Source: a candidate division TM6 bacterium GW2011_GWE2_36_25 (GTDB lineage Bacteria; Babelota; Babeliae; Babelales; UBA12409). From it: a stretch of DNA of 64,000 bases. Under the pieces are notes generated by a model. That model ran no database searches, was not told where the DNA came from, and saw only the letters and a list, made by a program, of their open reading frames with translations. Positions 35,936 through 46,410 of the stretch are shown here, piece after piece; the stretch's first letter is position 1, and every line of letters starts with the position of its first letter. The stretch spans positions 8,462 through 72,461 of the forward strand of contig LBRU01000001.1 of the NCBI GenBank assembly GCA_000991575.1. The letters run 5' to 3'. Both the position numbers and the translations under genes were made by a program.

Positions 35936-37399
35936 CTAAAAAATAGCTTTATTCACATTTTTAAAACATAAACATATCTTATTACAAAGACTATCTTTTA
36001 AAAAAATATAAAAATCTCTCCAAGAATAAAGATTAGTGCATTGTAATATTTTGAGTATTTTATTTCGCGAATAAATTACATTGTTTAACAAACATTCTTT
36101 TCCTAAAATTTGTTCATCAAATGTAAAGACCCTAATGCTTGGATCAATTTTTTGTAAAACAATATTTTCCTTGCTTTTAAAATCTAAAAAAAATACCGAT
36201 GCATATGTTTTTTCCAAAGCATAAATACAATATGATAAATTTATGTTCTTTAAAAAGGGTTCATCATTTGAAAATAAAACATAATCAGAACCCTTTTCTA
36301 CTAAAGGTCTGAATAAAGATTTAAATGTTTGTGCCTTAAAACTTACAAAAAGAACATCTTTAAAATCTCGATTTAAAATATCATATCTCTCTTTTACCAC
36401 TTCGTTTTCTTCATAAAAAACATGTATATCTTTAAAATTAATTTTAGATTTTCTTATTAATTCCAAACTTTTTTTAAGTTTAATCGGGTCTTTTGAAACA
36501 ATTTTCAAATCAATATTTGAAAATTGTTTTTTTGAAATCCTGTTACTCAAAGGACGATATCGCTTGCATTTGTGCAAGAACTCTGTAACTTCGCACTGCT
36601 CTTTTCGATGAACCTTAAAATCATTAATGGGAGACTTAACATTTCTTATACACAAAATTTGAGAAATAAACCTAAACCTGCTTCCACACATTTCTAATAT
36701 TGGAAAAACTAAAGCAACATCCGCAGCAGCAGGAAAAAATTTTCCTTTATACTCTTTACTTGGAGATATTAAATGCTTAAGTTTAATTTTTTTAGCTAAC
36801 CAAGCGCGCCATGTTCTTAAGGCAGCACCACGAAAACCATATTTTCTAAAATTATTGGTTTCAGCAACTTTCTGCGGTATAGACATACACCAACCCCTCT
36901 TCATTGTTGGCCAATTCATAAATTGCCCATATGTAAACCATACATTTTTATCTTGATAAACTTGATTAAGATGCGAAAGAACATTTGCATGAGAAAACCA
37001 ATCATCCCCATCTAATGTTACAAAAATCTCATCATCATCGCACATATGAATTGCTCTATAGGTATTATAAAGCGCACCCCTATTATGCTTATTATGCAAT
37101 AAAGTAACTTTTGACCATAAATTATATTGATCAATATACTGCCTTGCTAAATCATATGTCCCATCTGTTGATGCATCATCGGTGTAAATAACACGATAAT
37201 TTCTATGTTTTTGATTAAAAACAGAATTAAGGTTATAACGATACCACGATTTATTATTATAAGAGGGAATAAAGACAACAAATTTATAGTTTTTATAAGT
37301 CATCCAGCAAAAAAACTTGTATCCAATCAAACTGATTATTGTTAAAATAAAAAAACCGTAAAAAACTATTTTTTTATTTTTATAACTTATCACTAGCAT
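35936..37399 (-). CDS. Glycosyltransferase family 2 with N-terminal membrane anchor
   Basis: IPSYNN, DDASTD and LDGDDW. The start may be GTG at 37393, which is better spaced from AGGAG. Confidence 0.88.
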   Translation of the reverse strand: MLVISYKNKKIVFYGFFILTIISLIGYKFFCWMTYKNYKFVVFIPSYNNKSWYRYNLNSVFNQKHRNYRVIYTDDASTDGTYDLARQYIDQYNLWSKVTLLHNKHNRGALYNTYRAIHMCDDDEIFVTLDGDDWFSHANVLSHLNQVYQDKNVWFTYGQFMNWPTMKRGWCMSIPQKVAETNNFRKYGFRGAALRTWRAWLAKKIKLKHLISPSKEYKGKFFPAAADVALVFPILEMCGSRFRFISQILCIRNVKSPINDFKVHRKEQCEVTEFLHKCKRYRPLSNRISKKQFSNIDLKIVSKDPIKLKKSLELIRKSKINFKDIHVFYEENEVVKERYDILNRDFKDVLFVSFKAQTFKSLFRPLVEKGSDYVLFSNDEPFLKNINLSYCIYALEKTYASVFFLDFKSKENIVLQKIDPSIRVFTFDEQILGKECLLNNVIYSRNKILKILQCTNLYSWRDFYIFLKDSLCNKICLCFKNVNKAIF

Positions 37400-38684
37400 G
37401 CTCCTCTTAAGAAACCATTTAAAAGATTATATCGCAACTTTAAAAAATTTTCTCACCTGCTCCATTGGCAGCATTTTATTGCGAGGAATAACTGCCATTA
37501 CATCCCTTTTAACTCTTCGCATTTTTACACCAGCAGAGTTTGGACTTCTTTCCCTTATCAATCAATTCATGTTAATTTTTCCCATTTTTTTAAACTTAGG
37601 ATTAAGACAGGCGTTTTGGATGGAATATTTTCATATCGACTCTCACGAAAGGCGCCGACTTATCAATCGCATCATTATCATTTATCTCAGCATCGCAATT
37701 CCCATTGTTTTTATAGCACTTCTTCACACTCAATTGATAAATAAACTTATATTTTTTGGACAAGCAACCCAATCGATGATTATCATTGCACTTTTTTATA
37801 GTTTTACTCAGTTTTTTTCTGAGCTTTATTTACAAGTTTTACGCAACCAAATGAATGCATTATCACTTACGTTTATTCAAATCAGTGCAGCATTACTCAC
37901 AATTTTTATTAATATAATTCTCGTCTTTTTCTTGCAGTGGGGGATTATTGGGGTCATACTCGCTAACACAGCAAGCATTTTATTTATAGCTGTCTTAAGT
38001 TTTTATCATTACCTCAAATGCAATTCTCATTGTTACATCACAACAAAAAAAATTACTTCTCAAGCAAAATATTTGTTACTTCTCGGTTTTCCGTTTATAC
38101 CGAACATACTATTCTCATGGATTTTATCTTCAGGTGATCGGTGGGTTCTCGCTTATTTAACAGACATGAATCAAGTAGGTATTTATGCATTGGCAGATAC
38201 GGCGGGACAGCTATTTAATATGTGTGTACTTTATCCCATGAGTGCTTCGTACATTCCTTATATGCTCAATAAATACAAACGAAACCAAAACGCAATCCCT
38301 AAAATAGAAAAACAGAATAGAAAAAACATGTGGTGGTCAATGGGCATTATGAGCATTATTATTACTCTAGGAACCGGAATTGCATTCCTTATTGGACCAC
38401 GAATTCTTCCCCCTAAATACCTTCCATCATTGAATTATATCTGGATACTTTTAATGGGGTATGTATTTTTCATGGGCACCTATTTTAGCTCATGCATTCT
38501 TGTTTTTAAAAGAAGAACCTGGCAAATTCTCGGCATGAACATCATGGCGGCAACAACAAATATCATTCTCAATTTTATTCTTATTCCCAAATTTAATATC
38601 TACGGGTGCACAATTGCAACACTAGCTTCTTATGCTATTTTCTTTTATCTTAATTTAAGGGAAACAAATCGAGTAATACAATGA
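37398..38684 (+). CDS. Wzx-like oligosaccharide flippase (MOP family)
   Basis: About 12 hydrophobic segments; motifs TPAEFG, LGLRQA, GDRWVL and VGIYALA. Confidence 0.85.
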   Translation: MLLLRNHLKDYIATLKNFLTCSIGSILLRGITAITSLLTLRIFTPAEFGLLSLINQFMLIFPIFLNLGLRQAFWMEYFHIDSHERRRLINRIIIIYLSIAIPIVFIALLHTQLINKLIFFGQATQSMIIIALFYSFTQFFSELYLQVLRNQMNALSLTFIQISAALLTIFINIILVFFLQWGIIGVILANTASILFIAVLSFYHYLKCNSHCYITTKKITSQAKYLLLLGFPFIPNILFSWILSSGDRWVLAYLTDMNQVGIYALADTAGQLFNMCVLYPMSASYIPYMLNKYKRNQNAIPKIEKQNRKNMWWSMGIMSIIITLGTGIAFLIGPRILPPKYLPSLNYIWILLMGYVFFMGTYFSSCILVFKRRTWQILGMNIMAATTNIILNFILIPKFNIYGCTIATLASYAIFFYLNLRETNRVIQ

Positions 38685-38793
38685 TCGTCCAATTAAAACT
38701 TAATAATGCAAATATTTTAAAATATTTGATAGACAGAAAACATAAAAATATTGTAAGTTATCTTCGATCCTTAAACTCTTGCAGAAAGATTAT

Positions 38794-40143
38794 ATGCAAA
38801 ATAGAAAAATTTTATTGTTTGTTGTATTCAACTTCGTTCTTTTTCAACAAAAAAGTTTTTCACGCAATCAACAAATTAAAATTTTATTTAAAATGCAAAC
38901 CAATCTTCAAAAAGAAAGATTTTTCGAACACCTCACTAAATATTGCCAACTATTATCAAACAAATATCAATATAAATTTTTAATATCCGGAGACCCCAAT
39001 TTATCAGAAACAAACAATCATCGGGCAATAAACCGACTACAAAAACAGGCTTCTTTTAATTTTAAATCCAGCCAAAACAAATCAATTGCAGAAGCCTATA
39101 ATCAGGGAATTGCTCAAGAATCATTTGACATACTCATCATAGCCAACGACAACTTAGTACCAACTCAAAGAAATTACGATGATAGAATTGTAAATATGAT
39201 ATTAAAAAATTTTCCTGATCTCGATGGCATTTTATATTTCAACAATGGAACTCCAAAAGATGAACTAAATAAATGCCTAATTATAGGAAAACAATATTAT
39301 GAACGCTTTAAATATATCTATCATCCTCATTATAAAACGTCTATTTGCGTAAAAGAATTTACAAACGTCGCTCAGCTACTTAAAAAAGTATCTATTTCAA
39401 ATGAAATGTTATTTAAAAGCACTAAAAATTTATTATTAAATACAATAAACAAACCAGATGAGAGTAAAAAAAATTGTGAAGAAGAAGAAGACAAATTACT
39501 ATACAACACTAGATCTGAGGTTAATTACAACATTGATCTAAAAACCAGCTCCATCATTAAATGGAGTATTTTAATTCCAACACTAAATAACCGTAAACAT
39601 TTATTCAACAAACTATATAACAAATTAACCACGCAAATAAAAAAAGCAAATTTGCAAAATTTTATTGAACTTTTGTCAGAACCTGATGATGGAGAATTAT
39701 CAGTGGGATCTAAAAGAAACAGTCTACTCAAGCAAAGCAAGGGTGAATATATATCTTTTGTTGATGACGATGATGATGTTTCGCAAGATTTTATTAAAAC
39801 TATTTATGAAAAATTAAAAATTTACCCTGATTGCATCAGCTTGCAAGGAATAGTTACCACCAATAACAAAAATCCGCACCTTTTTATTCACTCAATAAAA
39901 TATGATAAATTTTTTACCGAAAATAACATTTACTATCGGCCGCCAAACCATTTAAACCCAATAAGACGCGATATTGCTATCAGATTTAAATTTCCGTCCA
40001 AATATGTAAGCGAAGATTACGACTGGGCAATGCAAATTTGCAACTCTCATTTATTAAAAAAAGAGGAAGAAGTAACAAAACCTTATTATTTTTATATATA
40101 TTCCTCACAGCACTCCGTTCAAGTAAATAAAAGAAAAAATTAA
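38794..40143 (+). CDS. Two-domain glycosyltransferase (degenerate GT-A domain + intact GT2 domain)
   Basis: C-domain SILIPT..R, VGSKRN and GEYISFVDDDD. N-domain is homologous to the 40174 and 49917 genes. Confidence 0.78.
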   Translation: MQNRKILLFVVFNFVLFQQKSFSRNQQIKILFKMQTNLQKERFFEHLTKYCQLLSNKYQYKFLISGDPNLSETNNHRAINRLQKQASFNFKSSQNKSIAEAYNQGIAQESFDILIIANDNLVPTQRNYDDRIVNMILKNFPDLDGILYFNNGTPKDELNKCLIIGKQYYERFKYIYHPHYKTSICVKEFTNVAQLLKKVSISNEMLFKSTKNLLLNTINKPDESKKNCEEEEDKLLYNTRSEVNYNIDLKTSSIIKWSILIPTLNNRKHLFNKLYNKLTTQIKKANLQNFIELLSEPDDGELSVGSKRNSLLKQSKGEYISFVDDDDDVSQDFIKTIYEKLKIYPDCISLQGIVTTNNKNPHLFIHSIKYDKFFTENNIYYRPPNHLNPIRRDIAIRFKFPSKYVSEDYDWAMQICNSHLLKKEEEVTKPYYFYIYSSQHSVQVNKRKN

Positions 40144-40173
40144 AGCGAATCTAAATAAGAACAATATAAACTA

Positions 40174-41397
40174 TTATACTACATTGACTTCTTTTTCAAT
40201 TAACTTTGATCGCATCATCTGTTTTATCCATTGCACATACTCTTCTAAAAAATTCACCTGAGGCTTAAATCTTATTATAAGGTCTCTTCGAATTGGATAA
40301 TTAATAACATCAACTACTCGATGGGCACAAACTTCTTTACCTTTAGCAAAATCCTGCAAAATAATGCAATCAGGAAATTTTTTAAGTTTTTCATAAATTA
40401 AAGAAACGTAATCATCATGTACATCATATTTATCTTCAACAAAACAAACATATTCTCCATGACTGCTTTGTAAAAGATCTTTGTATTTTTGCAAAAGAGA
40501 TACATTTTTATCATCAAAAATTAACTCCATGATCTCTTCTAATTTATTTTTTTTTATTTGATTTAAAATTTTTGTATAAGTTCGCTGAAAAAAGATCTTT
40601 CTTTCTTTTGCTGTCGGAATAAGAATGCTGAGACGAATTGGCACACCAACCTTTAAATTTAAATTATAATTCACTCCCCGTCGCGCCCTATATGTTTGTT
40701 GATCCACAGGCCCAAACGATTCATTATATGCATAAAGAGGATCATATTTTTTCTTGGTAAAAATTGGATGATCATGCTCCAATAATACGGTATTAGAAAC
40801 AAACTCCTTTTTCAGCATCCTCGATATCTCCATTAATTCATTATCACACTGCAAAGATTTATAATGAGGATGATAAATATAGCCAAACCGTTCATAAAAT
40901 CGACGTCCAATGATAGGATATGTATTTAATTCAGCACCTAAATGTCCATCATGAAAATTAAGAACACCATCAGTATCAGGAAAAAATTTTTTCATAGAAT
41001 CAATAATTATTTTATCATAATTTTGCTGTCGCGGGACCATGTCATCACTAGCAACCAACACAATATCCCAATCTTTAATTTTTTCTATATCTCGATTATA
41101 AGCCTCTATTTTTCCTTTGCCATGACTAAAATAAAACTCGAGATTTTTGTAACTTTTTAATCTCGCAATAGACGCGACACAATTCATGCTTTTATCATCG
41201 ATATCGCACGAAATCAAAAAGCGACAATTACATAAATCAGAAAGTTTTTTATAATATAAGTCTAATCTTCTAAAAAATTGTTGTGGGCGCGATTTCGTGG
41301 GAATTTTAATAACAAGCTTAAAATCTTTAGTTTGGCCACACATAGTTAAAAAACTTAAAATTATACTAAAACCCAAAAGAACTTTACCTGTTTTCAT
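40174..41397 (-). CDS. Two-domain glycosyltransferase (intact GT-A-like domain + degenerate GT2 domain)
   Basis: IPTKSRP, KIEAYNRD, VASDDMVP, YIYHPHYKSL.CDNE and EH.HP; signal-like leader. Confidence 0.75.
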   Translation of the reverse strand: MKTGKVLLGFSIILSFLTMCGQTKDFKLVIKIPTKSRPQQFFRRLDLYYKKLSDLCNCRFLISCDIDDKSMNCVASIARLKSYKNLEFYFSHGKGKIEAYNRDIEKIKDWDIVLVASDDMVPRQQNYDKIIIDSMKKFFPDTDGVLNFHDGHLGAELNTYPIIGRRFYERFGYIYHPHYKSLQCDNELMEISRMLKKEFVSNTVLLEHDHPIFTKKKYDPLYAYNESFGPVDQQTYRARRGVNYNLNLKVGVPIRLSILIPTAKERKIFFQRTYTKILNQIKKNKLEEIMELIFDDKNVSLLQKYKDLLQSSHGEYVCFVEDKYDVHDDYVSLIYEKLKKFPDCIILQDFAKGKEVCAHRVVDVINYPIRRDLIIRFKPQVNFLEEYVQWIKQMMRSKLIEKEVNVV

Positions 41398-42314
41398 TGT
41401 TTTTTGTACCTAATAAATCGCGTTTTTCCTCCCTCAAACTTTGTGTCACCTCGAGACCTATATATAACAGAATCCTTATTCAAAACCTTTTTATCCCAAT
41501 GAATGTGTACAGGAATCGTTCTTCCCCCCACAGATAAATTTATCCAACCTTCATCATTAATTTTTAATTTTAAACAATAGGCATAAATACTAAATAACGT
41601 TTGATCATGTCGCGCCGCACCATAACCAAATTTTGCTGTACCATCATCTTTAAATAAACCCAAGTCTTTTGAATGTTGATACATTGGAAAAATATAATCA
41701 TCAAGCATTTTTCGCGAGACACCTTGTAATCCTGCGTCTATGTGATAAGAATTAGGCGATAAAATTAGTACCTGATCCTCAAGCGATCTTTTACTTAAAA
41801 CTTTGTCAATAACTGTTTGAGTAATACGATTTACCTGATTGCAATTTTCATTCTTTGTACAACTTAACAAAAAATAACCCTGTTCCACTATGTGCTCAAA
41901 TAAATTATCCAAAGACTTTAAAACCGTAGTACCAGCATCTAAGTATAAGACATAGGAAAATCTCTCTAGCGCTTGCTTAATAACAACAGGCTTCCAGGCA
42001 AAATATCCACGAACCATTCGGCCTCCAGGAGCTGTTTTCAAAGGTTTTAATAAATCAGGATGAGTCATCTCCACATCATAAACTTTTACTTTCGCCATCC
42101 GTGTAAGCTCATTACGTTGTTTAATTTCAAAACCCAAATCAAAAACAGCAATTTCTCCTAAATTGACAAAATCTGCTCGATGAATACTTCCAATCAAATT
42201 CTTTACCCAACCAAAATGCTTACTATCAGCTGGAGTGCAATAATAATGAGGTATAGAAAAAAGTTTTAAAAACAAAGAACAAAAAAACAACAATTTATGA
42301 TTAAAAAATTTCAT
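41394..42314 (-). CDS. DUF1647-like putative glycosyltransferase with signal-like leader
   Basis: ADSKHF, VFDLG, FAWKPVVI, YLDAG and RHDQT. Confidence 0.65.
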   Translation of the reverse strand: MKFFNHKLLFFCSLFLKLFSIPHYYCTPADSKHFGWVKNLIGSIHRADFVNLGEIAVFDLGFEIKQRNELTRMAKVKVYDVEMTHPDLLKPLKTAPGGRMVRGYFAWKPVVIKQALERFSYVLYLDAGTTVLKSLDNLFEHIVEQGYFLLSCTKNENCNQVNRITQTVIDKVLSKRSLEDQVLILSPNSYHIDAGLQGVSRKMLDDYIFPMYQHSKDLGLFKDDGTAKFGYGAARHDQTLFSIYAYCLKLKINDEGWINLSVGGRTIPVHIHWDKKVLNKDSVIYRSRGDTKFEGGKTRFIRYKKQ

Positions 42315-43246
42315 ATTCTTCGCCCATTATATTTAATAAATTTAGTTTTGCCACCCTGAAATTTTATATCATGACGAGACCTATAGATAACCGTATTTTC
42401 ATTCAATGTCTTTTTATCCCAATGAATATGTACAGGAATCGCCTTCCCCCGAATAGATAAATTCAACCACCCTTCATCATAAATATGCAACTTTAAACAA
42501 AGTGCATAAACAGTAAACAGGGTTTGATCGTGGCGCCCCTCCCCGTACCCAAATTTTGCTGTTCCATCATCTTCAAACAAATCCAGCTCTTTTGAATGCT
42601 GATACATAGGCATAACATAATTATCTAACATTTTCCGGGAAAGACCTTGCAATCCCGCGTCTATTTGATAAGAATTTTCTGATAAAATTAACATTTGTTC
42701 CGCAACAGGACGTTTCTTGACAATTCGGTCAACAACAGGCTTCGTAATACGATTTACTTGACACCCAATTGCACCTTTTGTACCACTTAACAAAAAATAG
42801 CCATGTTCTTCAATATGCTCAAAAAAATCATCTAAGGATTTTAATATTGTAGAACCCGCATCTATATACAAAATATAAGGAAACTTGTCTAATGCTTGTT
42901 TTATAATAACGGGTTTCCACGCAAAAAAACCACGCACCCTTCGGCCATTTAAATGTGTCTGAAATGGCCGAAGCAAATCAGGATGGGTCATCTCAACATC
43001 ATAAACCTTTACTTTTTCCATTCGCGCAAGCTCGCTACGTTGCACTTGATTAAACCCTAAATCAAAAATAGCAATTTCACCTAAATCTTTAAAATCTTCT
43101 TTATGAATACTTCCAATGAGATTTTTCAAAATGTGAAAATGTTTGGCATCAGCCGGAATACAATAGTAATGGGGTATAGCAGAAATGCCCAAGGACATAA
43201 AAACAAAAATCCGAAAACATACAAATAAATTATAAAACTTCATCAA
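42311..43246 (-). CDS. DUF1647-like paralog
   Basis: ADAKHF, IFDLG, FAWKPVII, YIDAG and RHDQT; tandem with the previous gene. Confidence 0.65.
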   Translation of the reverse strand: MMKFYNLFVCFRIFVFMSLGISAIPHYYCIPADAKHFHILKNLIGSIHKEDFKDLGEIAIFDLGFNQVQRSELARMEKVKVYDVEMTHPDLLRPFQTHLNGRRVRGFFAWKPVIIKQALDKFPYILYIDAGSTILKSLDDFFEHIEEHGYFLLSGTKGAIGCQVNRITKPVVDRIVKKRPVAEQMLILSENSYQIDAGLQGLSRKMLDNYVMPMYQHSKELDLFEDDGTAKFGYGEGRHDQTLFTVYALCLKLHIYDEGWLNLSIRGKAIPVHIHWDKKTLNENTVIYRSRHDIKFQGGKTKFIKYNGRRI

Positions 43247-43266
43247 ATGCCTCTCTTTTAAAAAAC

Positions 43267-43980
43267 TTATTTTTTCTTTCTATAAATATCATCACCCCCC
43301 TTGGAAGCAATGCGTTTATAGCCCTTTTGATTCAGATGCTGCATTATTTTTTTATCATTGTTGTTATTCTCAACGGCAATTACATCAATATCTATTTTGT
43401 TAAAATCAATTGATTTAATAATGCTTTCTTCGCTTCCTTCAGTATCGACACTTAAAAAGTCTATATGCTTAATACCGTATTGTGCACAAATATTATTAAA
43501 CTTAAAACATTTAACTCTTACAATTTCTTGCGAGCCCCCCCTTGTTTTAATCTCATCCACAACCCTTTTTTGATGAGCATCATCAAAGGTATCTGTCAGC
43601 CCACTAAGCATTTCAGGGCAGCCATTCACTTTTGCGAAATCAAATTCCCCTTCTTTATCAAAAATACATCCTTGCATACAAATACAACACCTATTTTTCT
43701 TTAATTCTTTAAAAATTTCTGGATGAGGCTCAACACATATTCCTGCCCACTCCATCTCCTTTTCAAAAAAATACGTATTGCTATAGCTCATGCCGTCATG
43801 TGCACCTATGTCAAAAAAGAATCCGTAACGTTTATTTTTTCTAAATAAAACTTCATGAACATATTTATCTTGACCACACTGGCTATAATAGGGAGCACAA
43901 AGACGGGGATAATCAACTTTAGAAAAAGTATCAGATGAAAAAAACAAACAAAAAATAAAAAGTAATAAATTAAAAATCAT
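43267..43980 (-). CDS. FkbM family methyltransferase with signal-like leader
   Basis: YSQCGQD, FFDIGAHDG..SNT, GICVEP and IDFLSVDTEGSE. ATG at 43980 follows AAGGAG. Confidence 0.9.
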   Translation of the reverse strand: MIFNLLLFIFCLFFSSDTFSKVDYPRLCAPYYSQCGQDKYVHEVLFRKNKRYGFFFDIGAHDGMSYSNTYFFEKEMEWAGICVEPHPEIFKELKKNRCCICMQGCIFDKEGEFDFAKVNGCPEMLSGLTDTFDDAHQKRVVDEIKTRGGSQEIVRVKCFKFNNICAQYGIKHIDFLSVDTEGSEESIIKSIDFNKIDIDVIAVENNNNDKKIMQHLNQKGYKRIASKGGDDIYRKKK

Positions 43981-44241
43981 TCTTACTTCTCCTTTAATTC
44001 TTACAAAACAAAAAATGACTTTCTTCAATATAAATCTTTTAAATTATCTCAGCAACAACCCTTTTTAGACCTCTTATGGCAAGAAGATTCTCATAAATAA
44101 TCAAGCTCAAATTGAATAAAGAACCAGTCTTTGTTATTTTGAGCAAGTAGATTTTCTATTGTAAAATTTTTAAACTGCCTTGAAATTTTAAATTATTTCT
44201 TTCATGTATCATTGCGTGAAAAACTAAAAAAGGAACGTTTT

Positions 44242-45312
44242 ATGCAATACAAAGTTTTTTTATATTATTTATGTCTTATCACTGGAATACTGTATGCACA
44301 CCAAGGAATAACATCCGAAGTCGCATGTTTTTCTGGCGACACCATCATTCCTTTTTCGTTTGCCTTTATGTTATCCAAAAAATATAATATTCCTTTATAT
44401 CTCAACGGCGAAAATGAATGGCATAAAAACCTTAAACCATTCAGAATTTATCACTCAGATTTACCAACGTGGAATAACGACAATTTAAAAAAATGGAAAC
44501 TTATTCCCATTCAAACTGAAAAGGATATTCAGCAACATATTCATGAAGACAATATCATGTTCATCACTTCGCTACGCACTTCTTATAATTTCTCTCAACA
44601 ACATTATCAATTTTTAAGAGAAGCTTTAGAAATAAATAGACCAATCGTATACCAGCAGCCCCCTTCTGATAGAATTAGTATTGTAATGCATGTAAGAAAG
44701 GCCATACAAGGCATAGCCCCTTGGTTTGGCGCCCTAGCATCACAACAATATTATAACATCAAAGCTCATACTATACATTATGTAAAAAACCATTACCACC
44801 CACTTACTTACTTGCCAAGGATATGTCAAAAGGAGGCAACAGACTGTCAACCTGTTAATTATAAAAATTTCACTTATTTTGACAAAGTTCATGATTGGGA
44901 AACCAAATATCCCCCCGAACAATACTATGCAGAAGCACTAAAAGAAGTGTCTGCGCGTTTAAATAATCAACCACTTTTTGTACGCATAATAACAGACGAT
45001 AATAAAAATCCTTTAAAATTAGTTGAACGAATAAAAAAGGCCGTAAATTTAAAGAATATTGATTTTCACTACCAAGACCTACGCCATCTCAATAAAGAAG
45101 ATTGTATTCGCTCAGAATTATACGCTTTATCCCAGCACGATATTTATATTCGCTCACAATCTTATTTTTCTCGCATTGCCGAAATCATTGGCAGCCACAC
45201 ACTAGTTTACTCGCCAATAGCTTTTAAATGGCAAAATAATTCAACATTAATTATGACCCAAATAGGCGTAACGGGTTCTTACAAAAAACTACTTAAAAAA
45301 GAGAACTCATAA
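44242..45312 (+). CDS. GT11/GT23-like (fucosyltransferase-fold) protein with signal peptide
   Basis: SIVMHVRK (HVRxG-like), YYAEAL, IITDD and IRSQSYFS. Confidence 0.55.
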   Translation: MQYKVFLYYLCLITGILYAHQGITSEVACFSGDTIIPFSFAFMLSKKYNIPLYLNGENEWHKNLKPFRIYHSDLPTWNNDNLKKWKLIPIQTEKDIQQHIHEDNIMFITSLRTSYNFSQQHYQFLREALEINRPIVYQQPPSDRISIVMHVRKAIQGIAPWFGALASQQYYNIKAHTIHYVKNHYHPLTYLPRICQKEATDCQPVNYKNFTYFDKVHDWETKYPPEQYYAEALKEVSARLNNQPLFVRIITDDNKNPLKLVERIKKAVNLKNIDFHYQDLRHLNKEDCIRSELYALSQHDIYIRSQSYFSRIAEIIGSHTLVYSPIAFKWQNNSTLIMTQIGVTGSYKKLLKKENS

Positions 45313-46397
45313 TGAAATTTCAGTATTGCTTTTTACTTTGGAATATTTTAATACATATCAATATTCTTTGTTCGACATGCAAAAAATGGATCGTCATTAC
45401 TTCTATAAATTATCCCACACAAGCCATTAAACAATTGTCTAATCTTTCAGAATGGCACGTTCTCGTTGTTGCTGATAAAAAAACACCAACTGATTGGAAA
45501 TGTGAACAATGCACACTCTTAACACTCGCTGATCAAAAAAAACTTGGTTACGCCATATATGATTATCTACCATTCAATCACTATAGCCGTAAAAACATTG
45601 GCTACCTCTATGCTATTTCGCACGGCGCAGAGATCATTTATGATACAGATGATGACAATATTCCCATCTATCAAAATCTTTCTTATTTACCCGAACAGTA
45701 CACTGGCCCACTGGTAAAAACTAAAAATAGCTTCTGCAATATTTATAATTATTTTGGAAATGACACTGTATGGCCACGCGGTTTTCCACTTGAGGAAATT
45801 TTAAGTCAAACTAAAAAAGAAAAAATAAAAACAACACGACACTTTCCACTTATTCAACAGGCTCTCGTAAATAACAATCCAGATGTTGATGCGGTTTTCA
45901 GATTAACAAGAAGTTCGAATATTAATTTTTACAATACACACGCTTCACTTTCCCTTCCCGCTCAAACCTTTTGCCCCTTTAATACACAAAGTACTTTTTT
46001 TCACAAAAAGGCTTTTTGGGGTCTCTTAATCCCTGTTTCTACCAAATTTAGGGTATGCGACATTTGGAGAGGTTATATAACACAACGTCTTCTATGGGAA
46101 ATTGGAGGCAGCCTTACCTTTCTTCCTCCTCAGGCATTCCAAGAACGCAATCCTCATAATTTATTATCGGATTTTATCGATGAACAGGACTTGTATATTC
46201 ACAGCAAAAGACTTGTTACGCAATTAAAAAAGACGCAACTAACAAACAAAACTTTTGAAGAAAAATATTTAGCACTTATACAATGTCTCACAGAACAACA
46301 TTTTTACGATCCAATAGAAATTAAATTAGCAAAAGCATGGCTTGATGACCTAAAAAAATTAAACTACAAGATGCCTCAATTTTCTGAGGATAAATAA
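45312..46397 (+). CDS. STELLO/DUF288-family glycosyltransferase-like protein
   Basis: KWIVITSINYPT, VVADKKTP.DW, YSRKNIGYLYAI.HGA..IYDTDDDN, PDVDAVFRL and FRVCDIWRGY. Confidence 0.85.
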   Translation: MKFQYCFLLWNILIHINILCSTCKKWIVITSINYPTQAIKQLSNLSEWHVLVVADKKTPTDWKCEQCTLLTLADQKKLGYAIYDYLPFNHYSRKNIGYLYAISHGAEIIYDTDDDNIPIYQNLSYLPEQYTGPLVKTKNSFCNIYNYFGNDTVWPRGFPLEEILSQTKKEKIKTTRHFPLIQQALVNNNPDVDAVFRLTRSSNINFYNTHASLSLPAQTFCPFNTQSTFFHKKAFWGLLIPVSTKFRVCDIWRGYITQRLLWEIGGSLTFLPPQAFQERNPHNLLSDFIDEQDLYIHSKRLVTQLKKTQLTNKTFEEKYLALIQCLTEQHFYDPIEIKLAKAWLDDLKKLNYKMPQFSEDK

Positions 46398-46410
46398 CCC
46401 AAAAAATATT

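Noticed and set aside
38681-38983. 100-aa ORF following wzx
   Set aside because: Overlaps the GT at 38794 in another frame, with low-complexity K/N/I composition typical of AT-rich noise.
44064-44110. TTAGACCTCTT... as a possible MITE terminus
   Set aside because: No matching inverted end or second copy found in the window.
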